Assembly (NCBI RefSeq): GCF_037042905.1
Contig: NC_087245.1
Coordinates: 17,548,001 to 17,612,000, forward strand
Direction of reading: 5' to 3'
DNA: 64,000 bases
From: Lytechinus pictus
Lineage: Eukaryota
A program made the translations under genes and the position numbers. The first letter of the stretch is position 1, and each line of letters begins with the position of its first letter. Positions 1-13,049 of the stretch are shown piece after piece. Under the pieces are notes generated by a model, which saw nothing but the letters and a program-made list of their open reading frames with translations, did no database searches and had not been told where the DNA came from.

Positions 1-8
1 AAAGAAAC

Positions 9-46
9 GCTCTATTCAACTCGGCTCACGCCTCGTTGAATAGAGC
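9..46. repeat. 12-bp-stem hairpin, probably the subterminal part of an interspersed repeat
   Basis: GCTCTATTCAAC ... GTTGAATAGAGC perfect inverted pair. Confidence 0.45.
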
Positions 47-691
47 ATCTTTCTTTCACCTCATGCGAAATCTCGCACCATCGCACTCATACCTATTCGC
101 TATTTGTATATTGTAACGTTGATTCTTTGTTGGTCTAATTTTAAACAAATCCAACGATGCACCATCTCCATCAAACAGTTTTCAACACTGTGCCATCATC
201 ATCTGTAACCTGTTCATGATTCTATCAAAAAACATTACAACTATTATTACAGCTATTTATTTCTTTTCATTCTTTCTGTTACAAGTCTCTTCACATAATT
301 AAGAGGAATCAAGAGAATTACGTGTGATATTTATTTATCACAAAAACTCACATGTGTAATTGCAGTCTCTCAGTATTTACAAAATCTAAAAGGAAGGTCG
401 CGTAACTTGGCCTCACTCAGAGTAACGTAACTACTGCCTACTGTAACTAAAGAGTGCCTCTTTTTTATTAAGATAGAAGTCAACTGATATCTCAATATGC
501 ATGGCCATGGCCCAGTCTCGCTCGTGCCATAACTATTAAATGATATTTCAGCGTCAAGTGTAGCATGCCTCACATAGCAACTACAGGTTTGACTGCAGTT
601 GGAAAACACTCGGTCCAGGTTAGGCCAGGCAGGACCGACCAGGTCAATTCAAGGCAGCGTATAATAAATAAGGCAGGAATGCCAGGTAGCA

Positions 692-1177
692 AGTCATTGG
701 GTGATTTCAAGTACGGTGTACGGTGTTGAGAGCGTGAAAGGGCTGCTGAACTGAGCTCCAACACCAAGCGTAATATTATTTTTCATTGAAATGTATTAAA
801 ACTCTAATGATTTGCTCTCATCTTAAATGTAAAAGATAATTTTACGGAGATGGTTCGTCGTGTTCGCCCCCTGTTCGTGAGCTACAGTTCATCAACACCA
901 ACACTGAACTTTAAATCACGATTCTCCCAATCCCTGGGGGCCGGTGTTGCTGAATGGGGAAATTGCTTGTAGATCATCAACACCATGCAGCCACAGTGCA
1001 GTGTTGGGTTCAGCAGATGACAATCAACACCAGCCTTCAACACAAACTGCCGGAAATACACCATATTTTCCAAGGTCAATCTCAACACCAGCCTGATTCA
1101 AGTACGGTGTTGTCACAACTCCAACACCAGATTTCAACACTAGCTGTACTTGAAATTATTGAAATCACCCAATGACT
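692..1177. mobile_element. MITE-like non-autonomous element
   Basis: Perfect 19-bp TIR AGTCATTGGGTGATTTCAA (692-710) / TTGAAATCACCCAATGACT (1159-1177), with internal TCAACACCA repeats. No clear TSD. Confidence 0.7.
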
Positions 1178-2099
1178 GTTGCCTTGCCCTTGGAATCGCA
1201 TACTCGTTCCCACTCACACGTATTGCGAGGTTAGTATTATATTAGTCACTCACACAAGCTAATTACGAGGTTAGTTAGTATGTTATACTGTGCAGTGACT
1301 GGTGTTAAGTACTACTTTACTACTACTTACACGAATATAGTAGCGTCGGACTGTACGCGCACAGAAGCTGACTCCGGGATCTTTCGGAGGGGATCAATGG
1401 TTGCAGTTACCGATTATCTGCAAGTGCAAAGAAAATTCCACTGTAGATTGTAGGTCCTAAATATGCAGCTTATAAGTACTGTTCCAGATCACTAGATATT
1501 CTGGAATTCAATTGTCTATATCCACTATCCAGTCCAAATTCTACCAGATTCTTCAAGTTCAAAATTGAAGGAAGCAGACTACACAGACATGACAGAAGGA
1601 GTCCGACGTCGAGACTAATTCTGCGCATCATAATAGTATGGTATTTTTAAATAGGCACATTTGATGCTTGTATTTCCTTCTTCAATTTCTTCTAGTTATG
1701 TGACGGTAGGCCTATGAATTATCTCGTACTTACTGTGAAAGGCCGAGCCAGCTGCAAAGGACGAGGGCGTTTCTGGAAATTCTGGTCTTGAACTACATTT
1801 TTTTTCTTGTTTTTCTCCTTTATTTTCTATATTAATCGACACATTTGCATCCCCCGGTGCATGTAGCCTCTCTATTCTACCCCATCTTTATTTTTGTTTT
1901 CCCCTTAGACTTAGTTTTAGTTCCTCTTTCCCTTCCCATTATTTTCCTTCTCTCTCGATTTCTTTTCCCCTTATTGCTGGGGGATACCAAGGGTGACATG
2001 GATAGACAAGCAAACTTACTTGATCGACCCCCCCCCCCTTGGCCCCATTAATAATTATGCGAGTAGTCGTCTGTATATCATTATCAATTCTCCAATGAA

Positions 2100-3890
2100 C
2101 CAGTTTCTAACGTTCTCAACACTGTGTATATTATGCCGGGATATTATGTTGACTGTCAAACAAATATCCAACAAACTATAGTTTCCAACATTGTGTCAAT
2201 GTTAACTGTCAACAACTCTCCAATAAACTATTCCAATTACGCTGTCCACGTTGTGCCATTGTCCGTTGTTCAACAACTCTCCGTCAAACTAGTTTCCACT
2301 CCTTTGTCAACGTTGTGCCATTTTTTATTTTTTTTATTATTTTTTTTTTATTTCCAGGCAAAAGACAATAAGAATATATACAAGAGGAATAAATTACCAC
2401 CGACTAGTGCCTGAGGATGACTAAAAGAAAAACTAGTTTCTGTTATGAAGCTCTCCTCACTAGTCGGGGTTTACAAATATACAAAATAAAATCAGATAAA
2501 ATGGCAATATATGTTTAGATGCATTACTTAATAAAACAAAGAACTTAATAATAAAGAGTGTTTGTTTCCATGTGCAATTATAATATCCAGTCAATATGAA
2601 GTGTTAACGTATTTAAATAAACAACTTTATGTTATTATCAGATAGTCAAGCCTATGGAGATGGAGTTGCATATATTGTGAGAACTTCAATGTTACATAAG
2701 CAGAGAATAAGCAATTGTCGACTGTCCAACAAATCTCCAAGAAAATAGTTTCCAACGTTGTTCCTTTGTCGGTTGTTCAGCAACTCTCCATCGAACTAGT
2801 TTCCGACGTAGTCAACGCTGTGCCTTTGTTGGCTGTTCAACACCTATCCAATCAAACACGCGTTTCCAACGTTGTGACGTTATTGGCTGTCCAGCAAATC
2901 TCCAACACACTAGTTTCCAATGTTGTGCCATTGTCTGTTGTTCAACAACTTTCCAACGTTGCCAACGTTGTGTCATCGTCGACTATCCTACTGATCTCCA
3001 ATCTACCAGTTTCCAACGTTGTGCCAGTGTCAGTTGTTCAACAACCTCCCATCTAACTAGTTTCCAGCTTTATCAACGTTGTGTCATTGTATACTATCTA
3101 ACTAATCTCCAATCTACCAGTTTCCAACGTTGTGCCATCGTCGACTATCCAACAAATCTCCATCGAACTAGTTTCTAGCTTTGACAACGTTGTGCCATAT
3201 AGTTGGTTGTTCAACAACTTTCCATCGAACTAGTTTCCAACGTTGCCAACCTTGTGTCATCGTCGACTATCCAACTAATCTCCAACCTACTAGTTTCCAT
3301 CGTTGTGCAATTGTCGACTGTCCAACAACTCTCCAACTAACGTACAAGTTTCCAACGTTGCCAACGTCGTGTCATTGTTGATTGTTCAACAACTTTCCAG
3401 CGAACTAGTTTCCAACGTTGCCAACGTTGTGCATTTGCTGGCTGTCAACAACTATCCAATCAAACGTGTCTCCAACGTTGAGACATTGTCGACTGTCCAA
3501 CAACTCTCCAACTTACTAGTCTCCAACGTTGTGCCATTGTCGACCGTCCAACAAATCTCCAACAAACTAGTTTCCAACTTTGTCGACGTTGTGCCATTGT
3601 CGGTTGTTCAACAACTTTCCAGCGAACTAGTTTCCAACGTTGCCAACGTTGTGCCTTTGCTGGCTGTTCAACAACTATCCAATCAAACGTGTTTCCAACG
3701 TTGTGACATTGTCGACTGTCCAACAACTCCCCAACTAACACGTTTCCAACGTTGCCAACGTCGTGTCATTGTTGATTGTCCATCATCTTTCCATCAAACT
3801 AGTTTCCAACGTCGATTCAACGTTAATCCATCAAGTTTTTCCAACGTCCAACGACTTTCAAGTTTCCAACGTGGAGCCAACGTTGGCTTG
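2100..3890. repeat. Degenerate tandem repeat, units of about 51 and 60 bp (GTTTCCAACGTTGTGCCATTGTCGACTGTCCAACAACTCTCCAACAAACTA)
   Basis: Recurrent CAACGTTG palindrome core, with an optional 9-bp GCCAACGTT insert. Interrupted at about 2320-2712. Its right end abuts the start of array homology. Confidence 0.9.
2320..2712 (-). mobile_element. Probable 5'-truncated retroposon 3' end inserted in the satellite
   Basis: The minus strand ends GCCTGGAAATAAAAAAAA with an A-rich tail. Subterminal stem CCGACTAGTG/CACTAGTCGG at about 2400-2467. It splits a satellite unit (GTGCCATT / ATTGTCGAC). Confidence 0.5.
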
Positions 3891-4000
3891 TTACCTGGGA
3901 TATTACCCGGCTAAGCTAGGCGTTCTTCCATGTTCCTACAGGAAGTTCTGTCCCAACACAATCACCATCGGTAATTGTTTTTTATGTCAATATCGTATAG

Positions 4001-4995
4001 ATACTCCCATGGATGCATCACCACCCCAAGAAACTCCTGGTGGAGGAAGTTCGACAACTTCACCAGAACTTTCATCCATTGGATCACCTGAAGCTTCGTC
4101 AGAACAAGCAATGACCCCAATGACAGGCTCTTCAACTACTCCATCAGAACCTGCGACCAATGGTACAACAATATATTCGCAGGAACATACGTCAGGTTAT
4201 TCGACAACTCCATCAGAACATACGACAGACGATGCGGCTACAACTTTGTCACACCCTACAACAATTCCTTCTACGGAGGCTTTACCTGAAACCACAACTA
4301 AAGGAAATTTAGATGTGAATTCATGTAAGATGCTCTATTCAATGGGGCATCAAACAAGTGGTGTCTATGCCATCTCTCCTAGCGGTGTGGGACTGACCGA
4401 TGTCTACTGCGATATGACCACCGATAGCGGAGGGTGGACAATCTTCCAGGTACGTTCCGCTAGGTTCTCGGTGTGAAATGAATCTATCCGATGTTTATGT
4501 TTTATTAAGATGGTCAATATTTTTGCTTAATCGCATCTTTTTTTTTCCTTTTTTTTTTAATTTTTTTTTAAAAGAACTTTCGCTCTATCCACCATTTCAT
4601 TCTGGCCTCTTCATCATGTTAATATAGGCCAAATAAGTAGAATTTTGTAGACTTGCTCGGTTCGCCCGCTCACAATTTTTCTGAAATATTCCAACGTATC
4701 TAAACTCAACCTTCTCTTGCACGCTCACTATTCGATAATTTTTTTCACATACCACATCCTTCACAATAATAATGTGCATACAGAAACGTTATGACGGATC
4801 TGTGGATTTTTACCGCAATTATACCGAGTATGTTCGTGGATTTGGTGACGTCGAGGGCGAATACTGGTTGGGATTAGACCAACTCTACTTACTTGCTAAA
4901 GATGGAGTCGAACTCAGAATCGATATGGTTGATTACGATAACAATCCATTCTACGCTCATTATGGCAGTTTTAGCATTGGAAGTACCAACACCAA
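4001..4995 (+). pseudogene. FReD/mucin-stalk gene copy A, truncated
   Basis: Exons 4001-4449 (S/T-rich, then NSCKMLYSMGHQTSGVYAI...VYCDMTTDSGGWTIFQ; TAG acceptor, GTACGT donor) and 4784-4995 (KRYDGSVDFYRNYTEYVRGFGDVEGEYWLGLD). The terminal exon is absent: homology to copy C breaks near 9300 and resumes near 10861. The 5' exons were not found in 1-3900 but could lie outside the window. Confidence 0.8.
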
Positions 4996-5288
4996 GTAAG
5001 GTTCTTACAATTTTCCTTCGCTATAATTATAGAGAGAGCGTATGGAAAACGTTACATTTTGGAAAAGCTGTCAAAATTACGCTTATTAATGAAGTATCAT
5101 TGTGTAATATCTCTAAAATCTTCTCTATTAGATGACACCACGATATATTTTGTTCATGCTTGAGCGCAAAACGACATGTTTTATCAGAGTGACGAGAATG
5201 GCTTGCGCCATAATGAAGGAAATGGGCAGTCAAATCAAATGATTTGCTCGAGTTATTAAGATCTTTTCACATACTATTTATTCTTAAT

Positions 5289-8072
5289 TAGTACAGGATA
5301 GAAGAGGCATATCCTTGTTTTTACATATATATTATATTTTTTGATGGTTTCTTGTCAATTTGAGGGTGCTGATTACGAATCTGAATGATGCCACTCGTGT
5401 AACCTTGAGCATTTTCCACAAATGGGCAAAATCCAATATGGCCGCCAAAATATGCAAATTACCCATGAAAATCATAAAATTGCCCGCACATTGGCAACAA
5501 AATACATGAAAGTGTGTGGCAGGAGTGAAATACTCGCTGAAAAAATAATTTTTGACAAAATATCTATTTTCTGGATCATAATGGCCGCCATAGGCCTCTG
5601 TATACTCTATTATGTGCAACATGAATAGGGAAAACTAATTTTCACAAAAAATGAGCACTAAACTGCAAGAAATCGTGATCTATGAACGAAGTTCTGTATG
5701 CAAATCGTCATTACTAACGAGATATATCATTTATTATATCATGTATGGGAACATTTCTGTATTTTGATATTTAAAATAGCCGCCACTGGCCAAAACAGTA
5801 TTATGTACAATGGCAAAGGGGGCCAAAAAAATCACAAGAGTGAGCACTAAAATGCATATTATTAAGATAAACGAGTGGAATACTGACTAAAAACATAATT
5901 GTTAGCGAAATTTATCATTTAATATACCATATATGTGATAAATGTTGTATTTTGATATTCAAAATTGCTGCCTAAGACCCTAACAGTATTATGTACAATG
6001 AGAAAGAGGACCAAAGAAATTACAAGAGGTGGCACTAAAATGCATATGTATGTGATAAAGTTACGTAATACTGTCTAAAAAAAAAAACCATAATGAATAT
6101 TCGTAGTACACGTAAATGGAGTAGATCTCGAACGAAATATAGTTTGTGTTAAATACTGTATTTTGACTTTCAAATTGGCCGCCATAGACATTGACTGTAT
6201 TATGTATAATGCGAACTGGGAAACTAATATTCACAGGAGTGAGCACCATAAATGTACGTTGTATTGATCCATGAGTAAAATATTGCCTGAAAGCATAATT
6301 TCTAACAAGATATATCATTTATTCTGCCAGTTAGGTGACAAATACTGTATTTTAAAAGTAAAAATGGCTACTACAGGCCCTTACGGTATATTATGTACCA
6401 TGTAAATGGAAAAAAAATGATTTCAACATAATTTGGCTTTGCTTGACTAAATGGTGTTGTATGAGTGAAATATTGTCTGAAAACATCATTTATAACAAAA
6501 ATATATCATATCTTGTGTAATTTAGGTGATAAATATTGTATTTAAACATTCAAAATGGCCGTCATATGCCCTTTTGTGAAAATTATCTGTCGTCATTCAA
6601 ATTGACGATAAGGGCCTATGATGGCTATTTTCAATTTCAAAATGCAGCATTTTCAACTTAATTACACAAGATATGATATATCTCGGCAGAAACCATGGTT
6701 TTAGGCAATATTTCACCCTTACATCACAATTATATGCAATATCTATAGTCACTCAAGCAAAGCCAAATTCTGTCAAAATTATATGTCACATGTTCCTATG
6801 TACATAATACTTTTAGGACCTATGGCAGCCATTTTGGATTTCAAAGTATACAGCATTTATTACCTCCATGACCAATATGTGATGTATGTAGTTAGAAATC
6901 ATGTTTAAGACAATATTTTTAATCGTACATAACAGTTACATGCATTTTATGATTCTCACTCTTGTGAAAATTAGTTTGGTTAGGGCTTGTAGCGGCTATT
7001 TTGAATGTCAAAATACAGTATTTATCACCTACATGGCAGAAGAAATGCTATAATTCCTTCAAAATTATGTTTTCAAATAATATTTTACTCATACAACAGG
7101 ATTATATGGATTTCATAGTCAAGCAAACCCAAATTCTTACAAAATTATATGTCCCCATTTACATTCTAGATAATACTGTTAGGGCCTTTATGGGCCAATT
7201 TTGAATTTCACAATACAGCATTTATCTCATGCATGACAAAAGAAATGATATGCCTCGCTAGAAAACATGTTTTCAGACAAAATTTTACTCGTAGATCACA
7301 ATTACATGTATTTTATGTTTCTTACTCTTGTGAAAAATAGTTTCTCCATTTGCATTGTACATAATGAATATAGGGCCCATGGCGGCCATTTTGAATGTCA
7401 AATTATAGCATTTATCACATACATGGCATGATGAATAATATCTTTTGTTAACAATTATGTTTTTAGTCAGTATTCCACACGTTTATCTTAATAATATGCA
7501 TTTTAGTGCTCACTCTTGTGATTTTTTTGGCCCCCATTGCCATTGTACATACTACTGTTTGGGCCAGTGGCAGCTATTTTAAATAATAAAATACAGCAAT
7601 TTTCCCATACATGACATAATATATATATCTCGTTAGTAATGGTGATTTGCATACTGTACTTCGTTCATATATCACGATTTCTTGCAGTTTAGTGCTCATT
7701 TTTGTGAAAATGAGTTTTCCCTATTCATGTTGTACATAATAGAGTTTACAAAGGGCTATGGCGGCCATTTTGAATATCCAGAAAATATATATTTTGTCGA
7801 AAATTAATTTTTCAGAGAGTATTTCACTCCTGCCACAAAATGTCATGCATTTATCGCCAATGTGCGGGCAATTTTGTGACTTTCATGGGTAATTCAAATA
7901 TTTTGGCGGCCATATTGGATTTTGCCAATTTGTGGAAAATGCTCAAGGTTACGCGAGTGACATCATTCAGATTCATAATCAGCACCCTCGAATTGACAAG
8001 CAACCATAAAAAAATATTGTATATATGAAAAAACAAGGTTCGTCAATTTTCTATGGGGCCAATCCTGGACTA
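5289..8072. mobile_element. Non-autonomous foldback DNA transposon, Academ-like (copy A intron)
   Basis: Termini TAGTACAGGAT...ATCCTGGACTA, 3-bp TSD AAT, inverted arms over 600 bp, and subrepeats of about 155 bp containing AAAATGGCCGCC. TAG...CTA ends with a short TSD fit Academ; the family call is inference. Confidence 0.8.
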
Positions 8073-9469
8073 AATCATGCTTAAAACAGTGGACAATAGA
8101 AATTTAAAAAATCTATTTTGGGTATTCACGTACGTGATTTTGACAGCTTTTTCAAAATGAAACGTTTATCGTTCATCAAATTTTGATTTTTGTTTATATT
8201 GCTTATATAATTCTTCATTACACATTACTACCGAACCAACAGCAACGGTAATTATCATTTCCCTAATCATCCCCGGGTAATTTGTGCATTTTCACTCCCG
8301 GTTCACCCCCCCCCCCCCTCCGCTCGTAATCGCGATATCTGCGCGATGGCGGAAAATGACGGTTGCATCTTAGCAAACTTTCACTAAATCTATATTATCT
8401 TGTCCCATACACAAATTAACTATCTTTATTTGCGCTATGGAAGTAGAATTTGGGGGTAAATCTATCGATAAAGCCATCGAAAAACTTTTTTTTCAGAGAC
8501 TCTTTGTATCTAGGATTGTTATAAATATGCATACACATAAAATGTTTTCTTAAGTGGGTCTTTTTATCGTTGTGTTTTTCCTGTTTATTTATTTTTTTTA
8601 ACTATGTTTTTTCATGGAATTTTTCGTCGATACTTGAAAGTGCTATTTAAATCGAATGTTACAAGGGCCGCGAAACCGAAGGGGGGGCGGGTGGCGCTTC
8701 ATCTCTCCCAGTATTTAACCATTTTCACAAAGAGTGAAAATGACCAACGATTTTATGCATGCCCCCCCCCCTCGCTTTCCATATCGTTCTGCAGCCCCTC
8801 TGTTAAAAGATACAGTTACTAATTTTGACTAGAAACAGAGTTTACATTGGATTTGTGCATGAAATTACCTTTTTTAAGCAAATTTGGGCCTAACAATAAC
8901 CATGAGCAGATGACCAATAAACCGTGAATTACGATAATTTAAGGGGTACTCCAGGCTGAAAATGATATGATTTGAAAAAGATAAAGAAAAAATAGACAAA
9001 CAAAACACTGAAGAATTGTTTGAAAATGGACAAGGAATAACAAAGTTATGACATTATATAGATTTGCATTATTTATTTCATATTTTCATACATGTGTGTG
9101 TGATATATCTTTATCATGATAAAATAAGTTGCAGCCATGAATATCTCATATATTATATCAATTGTCTATCCTTTTATATTTTGTTCTTAAAGAAAAAAAT
9201 GAATAAACATACTTTCATGTAAAAAAATACAAAAGAACAAGTGGGGATATGATATTATCGGTCTACTCATGAAGACATGTTTAGAACTGTTTATTACGGT
9301 AGGGAGCTTTTGCAATTTTGAACTTGAAATCGTGCAATCTGATGCATACTTAATGAGGTAAAATAACACACACAAGCGCGCGCGCACGCACACACACACA
9401 TACTCACACACACACACACACACGGGTGCGCGCACCACACACATACTACGCCTTGATGACAGACCTTGT

Positions 9470-10110
9470 GACAGACCCTGTCGCAGAAGGAATCGCAATC
9501 TCTTGAAGACCTTCATCAGTGCTCGTTGGGCTGTTTCCTGCTGTTGACGGCGGTTGGCGTCCATTTTGACATCGATTTTAGCCTCAGGTTTCAAGGAAAT
9601 CGCTGCCTTTGCGACTCTGTGACAATTTGAAGCCTTGTGGCTCTCAAATCTGGGTGATGCCTTTTTCCAGTTACAAAAGCCGACTGAAACAAATGCTGGT
9701 TCTTTGTTCTTGGCCAATTTCAAGAGTCCGCGTTTTTCTGCCTGTGCACAGTAGAAACACAGTACCCGTTTCAGGGAGGGTTCGTAATGGATCCAGGGGT
9801 AGCTTTGGTACCATTTGGCTTGAAACAGAATTTTCTGTTTTAGTTTCTACTACGGGAATGGAAGAAGTAGGGGGTGATTGGGGCTAACCCAGTCGTCAAA
9901 ACCGGCATCAGCTTCATCATCATCTTTCGCCTCAGATGCTCCATCACCCTCAACGGCACTTTCTTCTGGTTGAACTTCAGGAAGAACAGGCCTATCTCCG
10001 ACATCATCCGATTTTGATGTAGACGGTTGTTCGTCATCATGTTCTTCTTTCTCATTGTGCTTGAAAAAAGAAGTGATCTTTGATGTTTTCAACTTCTTAT
10101 TATGAGCCAT
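9470..10110 (-). pseudogene. hAT transposase N-terminal fragment (TTF-type zinc finger, ZMYM1-like)
   Basis: MAHNKKLKTSKITSFF..., then frameshifted FQAKWYQSYPWIHYEPSLKRVLCFYC...FVSVGFCNWKKA..RFESHKASNCH...LRFLLRQGL. Truncated beside a (CA)n tract. Confidence 0.85.
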
Positions 10111-10330
10111 CCTAGAATCCTAAAATCAATTCACACTGTGAATTATGTAAGTGACACACTCACATATATTTCCCCCTTAAAAAGTTAAGGAAGACAAGGC
10201 CTCCTGCTGAGCGGACTCACCACGTGTTTTTGTTTTCTAGCTAACTGCCTTAGCGCGTCCCTTCTCTCCCCGCACGTAATGCGCACATAACACGGCGTAC
10301 GCTCGTAATCCGCATCCCTGATTTTCAATA

Positions 10331-10615
10331 GCTTCTTTCACACGTTAAAAGCCAGTCTTGTGGTTATCTTGTGGTTATCTTGTGGTTTGCAATCTTAGAG
10401 GTATCTTGTGGTTATCTTGTGGTTTGCCCCATTTGAACACGCAAAACTCGTGGTTATCTTTTGGTTTCCACACCACGAGATTGCGCGCACTGCAAAATAT
10501 GCGCGATTAATCTTGTGGTTATCTTGTGGTTTCCAAACCACAAGATAACCACAAAATACTCGTAAGATTTTCTTTTTTTTACCGTCTGAATTGGCTTTCA
10601 CCGTGTGAATGCGGC
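10331..10615. mobile_element. MITE nested in the hAT fragment
   Basis: TIR TTCACACGTTAAAAGCCA / TGGCTTTCACCGTGTGAA (16 of 18 match), flanked by TA, with internal TCTTGTGGTTA 11-mer repeats. Confidence 0.65.
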
Positions 10616-10745
10616 TAATAACAATAAACACAATTACAATAATGATGAGGATTATTATTATCATCATCATAATTATTATTATTATTAATATTATAGTTGT
10701 TATCATTATTATTATTACTATTATTATCATCATTATGACTTATTA
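10616..10745. repeat. (AAT/ATT/ATC)n low-complexity microsatellite
   Basis: Seen directly in the sequence. Confidence 0.9.
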
Positions 10746-11274
10746 AGTAACCAAATATCATTCCCCAAAACCTGGGGGGGATGATTGTACATGCCATCCC
10801 CCCCACCTTGTGAGGTGGGGGGATGCATCCCCCTCATCCCCCCCGTTGTCTACGCCCCTGACCCGCCCCCCCCCCAAAAAAAAAAATGCAGAACTTCAGT
10901 TATTAAGAGTATGGCATCTGATTTTCTGGCCAAACATCCGTATCCTTTCCAATCCGAGTGGGGGGGGGGGGGTGCCTCTCACTGAAAAACCAGTCCAGAA
11001 TGATAGTCCTTTCTCAAGAGCTTTCAAGACACTGGACCCTGGTTCCTTTCACACCTTAAGGGCGCCACCTATTGCTGTCCTTTACCAGGAAACGAAACAA
11101 AACTGTTTATTCATATTTATTTATCAAAACCTAATAGACAATCATTATTCGGAGTTATTAAAACTCATATTAGTGAAAAGTGCGTAAGTTTCAATATTTT
11201 ACATCAAATCCAGACAATAACAGACTGTCATGAAAATTGCATTTTTCTCGTGACAATTTTATTTTCACTTTACA

Positions 11275-11500
11275 AAATCCCAGCCATGGCGTAATTTCCT
11301 TCAGCAAGAAAATTATCCACATTGTGCTGCACTCAACCCAGGTGAGGTGAATGGGTACCCGGTAGGAAGAAATTCCTTGAATGCTTGAGCAGCCCAGCTA
11401 AAGCCAGGGTAATAATAATAGCAGGGCCCGCTGGGAGAACAGTTTTCAGAACTGAAGTGGCTTCCCTGGGTAAATATACCTATATAACTATATTATTATA
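11275..11500 (+). mobile_element. 5'-truncated SINE-like element (also about 28044-28269, 45464-45689, 59757-59982)
   Basis: Core GCACTCAACCCAGGTGAGGTGAATGGGTACC resembles conserved invertebrate SINE central domains (from recall); ATT-type tail. Confidence 0.6.
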
Positions 11501-13049
11501 AAATACGTACCTTTTAAATTTATCTTTGATACAACCGATGTAGAAGAAGTTTGGCGATTATAGTATGACGTATAAATTTATATGTCTCTCTCTCTCACTT
11601 ACACACTCTCCCTTTCTACCCTGTATGATTTTCTATTATTCATGCCATGTAAGTAGACTTAAGTTTTTGACGAAATACTGCTATGTTTTTGTTTATCTGC
11701 TTATATTCCTCAAATTGTATATTTGTTTTGCATTACCTAGTATTTTTGTTTTGAACAAAATATTGGCGAATGCCAGTGATGCTCTAATAATAAATTCAGT
11801 TCAATTCATGTTAGCAGTAAACAAACATACTCCAAGGAAGAAAAAAAACGAGTTCGGTCTAAAGTCTGTCCTTGGATGAACGGCGAGTTAATTAGTGAGA
11901 TGAATAGACGAAATAAGTTTCATAAAATGATATTAAAGTATAAGTGCTCAGAATATACTGACAATGGACAAAACATCGAGAATTACCGTTTACCCTTTCA
12001 AGCCACTTTAAATGTTAATGTGGAAGTGTGTGGACAATTGTAAAATGTTGATTTAAAACTTGTCAAATTTTGAGGATTTTCACATTTTTGAACTGTCTTA
12101 CTGTTATACCATATTTTGCCCAATTTCTGGATATATTAATGTTTTGATATATATTTCGTCATGTGCTAATTTTATATCCACATTTTGTGATCAAATCAAA
12201 TCATTTTTTTCTATTTTATGTAATGTGAAGTATATACCCAAACCATTTTTTTTTCTAATTATTATGTTTATGTTGTAAACATTATGGATTGTTTTATATA
12301 TTGCAAACAATGTAAAAAAATTTTGATAATGTATTGTGAACGCAGAAATAAAATAAAACAAACAAACAAACAAATAAAATTGGAAATATTCGCATCTATT
12401 ATCTATTTTCAACAAAACTCACTTTCTAGTTTTCCCATGAAACTGGTGGCATCACGGGTCGCCAACAAAGGCTACATTGCACCTGTGTATTCTTTTGTAT
12501 TTCTTTAGAAATCGAAAGCTACATGAATTAATTTGCATTTCGTTGACACTCCATCTTTTTTACATCCATGGAATTATCGACCAATTTCTCTCCTTAGTTA
12601 TAATTTTTATCGAAGATTCAAGAGAGAGCTGTAGTTGCGTAACTATGGGGGGCAGAGATAACGGAGGAAAAAGAAGAGAATTGAGGAAGGAAGAAAGAGA
12701 GACATTGTGACAGACATTGTGGGAAATGAAAGAAAGGGAATGTAAGAAATATTATTTTGATAATTTGATGAAAAATAATGTGTATAGGGTCTATGTGCTC
12801 ATCACTCCTGGTGCTAATATTGCCTGATTAGATACATAATCCCGTTCAAGAGGATTAAATGGAGCCATGCATTTTCAAGTCATACACCAAATATTTTTCC
12901 TCGAGCGCTCGCCTGGCCTAATTCGCTTTGTGAATTAGGATATCCCTCGCTTCGCTCGGGAAGCAGCCGCCAGGGCCTCGACAAGCATGACAAGAGGCTA
13001 CGTCAGTGGCTGTTCAGACAGCAGCATCAAATGCAGCACCATCAACCGG

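Larger units (their letters stand above)
9301..10860 (-). mobile_element. 5' part of a hAT-type transposon, plus patch DNA, replacing the 3' end of copy A
   Basis: The minus strand begins CAGGGGCGTAGACAACGGGGG (hAT-like TIR) at 10860 and contains a transposase remnant. No matching second TIR was found. Confidence 0.75.

Noticed and set aside
2715..3914. Repetitive-protein gene (ORFs 2715-3056, 3303-3914)
   Set aside because: The ORFs are a by-product of satellite units that are multiples of 3. Frames shift between blocks, and there is no convincing start or splice context.
5332..8036. Short ORFs recurring in all four copies within the large intron
   Set aside because: They lie in the non-coding foldback element and recur only because of the duplication; no recognisable domains.
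9187..9723. Functional ZMYM1-like gene or active transposase
   Set aside because: Frameshifted upstream, truncated before the catalytic domain, and runs into a microsatellite.
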